In this document: positions 58,520 to 64,000 of the stretch, piece by piece | How the letters are laid out: each line of letters starts with the position of its first letter | Numbering within the stretch: the first letter of the stretch is position 1 | Assembly: GCA_963719085.1 (NCBI GenBank) | Contig: CAVRAL010000004.1 | Coordinates: 96,001 to 160,000, forward strand | Origin: a candidate division FCPU426 bacterium | GTDB taxonomy: Bacteria; Oederibacteriota; Muellerivitia; Muellerivitales; Muellerivitaceae | Direction: 5' to 3' | DNA: 64,000 nucleotides | Program-made: the position numbers and the translations under genes | Notes under the pieces: generated by a model | What the model was told of the DNA's origin: nothing | The model's database searches: none | Seen by the model: only the letters and a program-made list of their open reading frames with translations

Positions 58520-58604
58520 ACCTATTTCCTTCATTGGTTTTTTCTCAGAAAATCCAGCCTGGTTTGATTTCAAATCAAATGTCTCTAAAACGCTTTTCTT
58601 CCCG

Positions 58605-59039
58605 TCAGAGATTTTCCGCCGCGCGGGCGTCATAGGCTTTTTTGAGTTTCCCGGCGATGGCGGGATTTTTGAGAAGTATCTTTTCAAAGTCGCTCTTTTG
58701 CAGAACGAAGAGCTCAACCTGGCCTTCCGCGATGACCGTGGCATTGCGCGGCTCGTTGGAGATGAGCGCCATCTCACCGAAAAAGTCATCGGCCCTCAAC
58801 TCGGCCTTTTTCACACGGCCTTTGCCCTTGTCCACCCAGACCGAGACCCGGCCGGTGGCAATCAGGTAAAAATCCTCCCCCGCGGCGCCCTGACGGATGA
58901 TCTCGTACCCCTTGAAAAACCGGGCAGCCTTGAGGGCCATGACCAACTGGTCGAGTTGCTTCAGGGTCAGGTCCTGCGCGAAATAAGTCCTTTGAAGAAC
59001 CCCGCGCAGGTGGGTAAAGATAGCGGATGTGGGAACCAT
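58605..59039 (-). CDS. stand-alone cyclic nucleotide-binding domain protein
   Basis: IIRQGAAGEDFYLI..G.V, FFGEMAL..PRNATV; no HTH. Confidence 0.92.
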   Translation of the reverse strand: MVPTSAIFTHLRGVLQRTYFAQDLTLKQLDQLVMALKAARFFKGYEIIRQGAAGEDFYLIATGRVSVWVDKGKGRVKKAELRADDFFGEMALISNEPRNATVIAEGQVELFVLQKSDFEKILLKNPAIAGKLKKAYDARAAENL

Positions 59040-59164
59040 GGTTGAACCCCTTATTGATGAAGGCCAAAGACAGGACGACTTGCCATTTATTCTATCAGCT
59101 TTTGCCAGCTTATTGAAAAGAGCTAGATCAATTGGCTCCCCACATTAGACAAGTTTTATTTTAA

Positions 59165-59200
59165 ACAAAAATGCCGAAACGCCCAAGAGGCGCTTCGGCA
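59165..59200 (-). terminator. intrinsic terminator
   Basis: Minus strand TGCCGAAGCGCC-TCTT-GGGCGTTTCGGCA+TTTTTG. Confidence 0.8.
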
Positions 59201-59228
59201 AAGAAGCGGGAGAGAGAAAAACCAATTG

Positions 59229-59906
59229 TTAGTAGTTTGAAGTCACGCCTTCACTGCTTGATAAAAGATAGGAGCCATCCGAAGTTCCCGTAAAGGCGGA
59301 CTTATTCAAATTGTTGATGGAAGCGATGACATCATTGTTCCCAGTGGCGCCGGGCAAAGAACTATTGGGGATGCTATAAGGCGAAGTAACATTGGGCCCA
59401 AAGGTCTTGACCGTGTAAGGACTGATGCTTTCTTCCGCCGTGATGACATTTTCATTTCCCCCGCCGGTCCAAGTGCAAACCAAGTTGGAACTGCTGGTGC
59501 TGAATACGGGCGTTCCCACGGCGGTGGTGCTCGCCGAGTAACTGTTTCCGCCAAACGAAGCCGTGAGGGTATAGGGTTGATCAGCCGTATAGGTGAAAGA
59601 AGTGTTGTCGTAATAAGCGAGGCTCAACAGAGTTACCCCGCCGCTGTATGTGACGGGATAAGAAGTACTGATGACATAAGTGAGGGGAACTTGGGTATTG
59701 CCGGAATAAGACAGGGTCACCGCCGCGTTGTTAACCGGACCACTGGAAGTGGCGATCTCAGTGAAGGCGCTCCCATTTGAGATTGCCGAAATAATGAGGG
59801 GGCCGTTCCAGCTAAAACTGCCCGACCCCAAACCGCTAGGATAGTTGCTGGAGCTACAGGAAATAGAAAAGAAAGATAAAACCAGAAAGAGAGAAACCCG
59901 TTTCAT
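59229..59906 (-). CDS. Ser/Thr-rich lipoprotein, unknown function
   Basis: MKRVSLFLVLSFFSISC lipobox-like signal; AGGAGG RBS. Confidence 0.8.
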   Translation of the reverse strand: MKRVSLFLVLSFFSISCSSSNYPSGLGSGSFSWNGPLIISAISNGSAFTEIATSSGPVNNAAVTLSYSGNTQVPLTYVISTSYPVTYSGGVTLLSLAYYDNTSFTYTADQPYTLTASFGGNSYSASTTAVGTPVFSTSSSNLVCTWTGGGNENVITAEESISPYTVKTFGPNVTSPYSIPNSSLPGATGNNDVIASINNLNKSAFTGTSDGSYLLSSSEGVTSNY

Positions 59907-60062
59907 AACGCCTCCTAAATAAAAGTCGACAAATTTTACCACGGTTATGCCATGAATACCTTCGAGGATCCTTTTTTCGCGTAATCAGGCCATGAAATTA
60001 ACCCTAATTACGCTTATTGTCTTCTCTTGCCTAACGCGGACAGACACACAAAACTGAGAAAC

Positions 60063-60093
60063 AAAAAAGGCGGGCCCTTTTGAGGCCCGCCTT
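60063..60093 (-). terminator. intrinsic terminator after ahcY
   Basis: Minus strand AAGGCGGGCC-N7-GGCCCGCCTT+TTTT. Confidence 0.85.
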
Positions 60094-60114
60094 GGAAAAA
60101 GCTATTTCAACTGG

Positions 60115-60166
60115 GGTTGCTTCGTCATTGTCGGACTGCTATTCGCAGTCCATTCCTCGCAATGAC
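60115..60166. repeat. palindromic intergenic element (TTGCTTCGTC...CCTCGCAATGAC type) with internal hairpin
   Basis: gtcattg/caatgac outer stem; ggactgc-tattc-gcagtcc inner stem. Confidence 0.6.
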
Positions 60167-60182
60167 CGCGATTAAATTTTGC

Positions 60183-61469
<1,287 letters not shown>

Positions 61470-61494
61470 TCAAGCGGCCAGGGTTTTTCGAGTC

Positions 61495-62664
61495 TTAACG
61501 AAGATGAGCGGCTTTGCGGAGCGCGGCGGCCTTGTCCGTCTTTTCCCAGGTAAAGTCCTTGTCCACCCGGCCGAAATGGCCGTAAGCGGCGGTCTTCTGG
61601 TAAATCGGGCGGCGCAAATTCAGCGCCTTGATGATGCCCCGGGGCGTCAGGTCAAACACCTTGCGCACGACCTGGGTGATCTGTTCCTCGGGCAACTTGC
61701 CCGTGCCGAAGGTGTTCACCAAAACGCTGGTGGGCTCCACCACGCCGATGGCGTAGGAAATCTGCACCTCGCATTGGTCGGCCAAACCGGCGGCCACGAT
61801 ATTCTTGGCCACCCAGCGCGCGGCGTAAGCGGCCGAGCGGTCCACCTTGGACGGATCCTTGCCGGAGAAAGCGCCGCCGCCGTGACGGCCATAGCCGCCG
61901 TAGGTGTCGACGATGATCTTGCGGCCCGTGAGGCCGGTGTCGCCCAAAGGTCCGCCGATTTCAAAACGGCCGGTCGGGTTGACGAAAATTTTGGTTTTGG
62001 AATCGATCATGCTGGACGGGATCACCGGCCGGATGACATGGCGTAAAATATCCGCCTTGAGTTTGGCTTGGCTGATCGGCGCGTGCTGGGTGGACAAAAC
62101 CACCGCGTCCACGCGGGCGGGTTTGCCGCCGATATATTCCACCGAAACCTGGCTCTTACCATCGGGACGGAGGTATTTGAGCTTTCCATTCTTGCGCACC
62201 TTGGCCAATTTCTCGACCAAGCGGTGGGCCAGCATGATGGGAAGCGGCATCAATTCCGGCGTCTCACGGTTGGCGAAACCGAACATCATGCCTTGGTCGC
62301 CGGCGCCGCCGGTATCCACGCCCATGGCGATGTCAGGCGATTGGCGGTTGATGGCAACGGTCACGCCGGCCGTGTCAGCGTCGAGGCCTGCTTTGGCGTC
62401 CAGGTATCCGATTTTGCGGATGGCGCCACGGATGATTTCGGGCCAATTGACTTGAGCGTTGGTGGTGATCTCGCCGGCCACAACCACCCAGTTGCAGGTG
62501 AGGAGGGTTTCACAAGCCACACGGCTCAGGGGATCTTGTTTTAAGCAGGCGTCCAAAATAGCGTCGGAGACTTGGTCGGCGACTTTATCCGGATGACCTT
62601 CGGTGACGGATTCGGAGGTAAAGAAAAACCGCTCTCTTCCCAGCGGCGACAACGCGCTTTTCAT
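61495..62664 (-). CDS. metK: S-adenosylmethionine synthetase
   Basis: [39 protein letters not shown]. Confidence 0.99.
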   Translation of the reverse strand: MKSALSPLGRERFFFTSESVTEGHPDKVADQVSDAILDACLKQDPLSRVACETLLTCNWVVVAGEITTNAQVNWPEIIRGAIRKIGYLDAKAGLDADTAGVTVAINRQSPDIAMGVDTGGAGDQGMMFGFANRETPELMPLPIMLAHRLVEKLAKVRKNGKLKYLRPDGKSQVSVEYIGGKPARVDAVVLSTQHAPISQAKLKADILRHVIRPVIPSSMIDSKTKIFVNPTGRFEIGGPLGDTGLTGRKIIVDTYGGYGRHGGGAFSGKDPSKVDRSAAYAARWVAKNIVAAGLADQCEVQISYAIGVVEPTSVLVNTFGTGKLPEEQITQVVRKVFDLTPRGIIKALNLRRPIYQKTAAYGHFGRVDKDFTWEKTDKAAALRKAAHLR

Positions 62665-62774
62665 AGTGAAGCTCCTTAAGAATTGAAGTTGACGGCAACA
62701 ACCACAAAAAAGTCGGATAAACCGGGGGCGTGGGTTGGCTTTAAAGCGACCAGCATTTTCGCCTAGGAGGCCCC

Positions 62775-62812
62775 AAAAGAAAAGCCCTTATTCCATTTAA
62801 GAATAAGGGCTT
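62775..62812 (-). terminator. intrinsic terminator after the ABC permease
   Basis: Minus strand AAGCCCTTATTC-N7-GAATAAGGGCTT+TTCTTTT. Confidence 0.85.
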
Positions 62813-62835
62813 CTTGAGGATTCCTAAAGCGACGG

Positions 62836-63780
62836 CTATTTCAAACCGGTGGTGGCAATTCCTTGGATGAAGTAGCGCTGTCCGATCAGGAACATCAAGG
62901 CGATCGGGATCGAGATTAAAAGCGAGGCGGCCATCAACAGGTGATAGTCGCTTCCATAGAGGGACATGAAGTTTTGAAGGCCCAAGGTCAGGGTCTGTTT
63001 GTCATCCGAGGTCAGGTAAAGCAGGGGGTTCAGGAAGTCGTTCCAGTTATAAACAAAGGAGAAGACCGCCACGGTGACCAGCGCGGGTTTGCAGAGGGGC
63101 AAAAGAATACGCCAGAAAACCCCGAAATCGGTGCAACCGTCGATCTTGGCGGCCTCGTCCATTTCGTAAGGAATGCTCATGAAAAACTGGCGCATCAAGA
63201 AGATGTTATAAGCCCCGCCGCCCAGCCAGGCCGGGATGATCAGGGGATAAAAAGTATTGTCCCAGCCAAATCCCCGGGCGAAAAGGAAGAAGGTGGGGAT
63301 CATGGTGACCTGGGTCGGCACCATCAAGGTGGCCAGGCAAAGCATAAAAAGGAAGTTGCGGCCCGGAAACCGGAGCCGGGCGAAGGCGAAGGCCACCAGC
63401 GAGGAGGACAAGGTCGTTCCCACGCAGGAAGTGATCGTAATGATCAGCGTGTTCACCAAGTAAGTCGTGAAATTGACGCCTTGGATGGTGAAGCCCAAAA
63501 AGGTCCAGGTGTCGTCCGCGTAGACGCCCTTGCCCGTGTTGGGGTTGAGCACGTTCCAAGCGTTGGGATAATTCTGAAGCTGAAGGGGATGGGGGATCCA
63601 AATCGGCGGGATCCGGGAAACATCCGTCGGCAGTTTAAAGGAAGTCGAGAGCATCCAAAGAATCGGAAACAGCATCAGCAAGGATCCGATAATCAGAAGA
63701 ACCGAAACCACCACTTTGGTGATCGCTTCGTTGCGGCGTTTGCTAGCCCAATGGCTCATCACTTTTTCAGGCATTTCCAT
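62836..63780 (-). CDS. carbohydrate ABC transporter permease (MalG-like)
   Basis: FLMRQFF..EMDEAAKIDG (EAA motif), WNDFLNPL. Confidence 0.93.
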   Translation of the reverse strand: MEMPEKVMSHWASKRRNEAITKVVVSVLLIIGSLLMLFPILWMLSTSFKLPTDVSRIPPIWIPHPLQLQNYPNAWNVLNPNTGKGVYADDTWTFLGFTIQGVNFTTYLVNTLIITITSCVGTTLSSSLVAFAFARLRFPGRNFLFMLCLATLMVPTQVTMIPTFFLFARGFGWDNTFYPLIIPAWLGGGAYNIFLMRQFFMSIPYEMDEAAKIDGCTDFGVFWRILLPLCKPALVTVAVFSFVYNWNDFLNPLLYLTSDDKQTLTLGLQNFMSLYGSDYHLLMAASLLISIPIALMFLIGQRYFIQGIATTGLK

Positions 63781-63828
63781 TCCACCTTAAAAAGAAGTTG
63801 ATCCCCGCGGGACCTCATCCGAAAACAA

Positions 63829-63999
63829 CTATTTGCGAAGCTCACCCTCGTAATAAACCCACTTGGAATATTTAAACTGAACCCAAGTCACCGCCATGAT
63901 CACCAAAAACAACACGCAAGCCAAAGCCGAGGCGTAGCCCATTTGGTAATAATCGAAGGCCTTTTTATAAATATAGAGGACCATCACCAGGGTAGAATT
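63829..63999 (-). CDS. carbohydrate ABC transporter permease (MalF-like), 3' end only (truncated by window)
   Basis: Hand translation NSTLVMVLYIYKKAFDYYQMGYASALACVLFLVIMAVTWVQFKYSKWVYYEGELRK*. Confidence 0.88.
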   Translation of the reverse strand, partial: NSTLVMVLYIYKKAFDYYQMGYASALACVLFLVIMAVTWVQFKYSKWVYYEGELRK

Positions 64000-64000
64000 G

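Noticed and set aside
62665..62775. SAM or SAH riboswitch upstream of metK-ahcY
   Set aside because: No SAM-I (AUC..AGA/GAU) or SAH core recognised by eye; an Rfam scan would be decisive

Overview
Mostly core chromosome of a diderm (LPS-making) bacterium, with almost all genes on the minus strand. In order: bioB; a 1273-aa secreted DUF11 / Pro-Thr-linker / 2xFlgD-Ig protein ending in a T9SS-type sorting domain; an LPS block (five GT9 heptosyltransferase-like genes, GT4, lpxK, waaA, DUF374/LpxJ-like, lpxB) with ilvE inside it; a YabE-like 3D-domain gene; trpEG directly downstream of murA-hisDCBHAF-orf-hisI; rnpB, a GNAT, rnhA, kdsA, pyrG, kdsB; a duplicated split ADP-heptose pathway (2x rfaE1, 2x rfaE2, gmhA, gmhB), two GT-C-like membrane proteins, LysM-DUF3108, a sixth GT9 and msbA; an XRE regulator; citrate synthase; DUF1573; a PorV/TraF-like barrel; xylFGH-like genes split by two small beta-barrel genes; ahcY-metK; and carbohydrate ABC permeases. 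Most notable non-annotated signals: (1) a 19-aa two-Trp leader ORF (MKASFNLNLNPWRGSRWRF) overlapping the hisI stop directly before trpE; (2) eight intergenic 'periodic-arm' inverted-repeat elements of several sequence families (7- and ~9-nt period), one with a nested insert and ~300 bp interior; (3) T9SS-like cargo plus a PorV-like barrel in a genome that does not otherwise look Bacteroidota (a candidate phylum such as FCPU426 is a guess only). No transposase, integrase, CRISPR array, rRNA or tRNA was seen. All calls are by eye; no searches were run.
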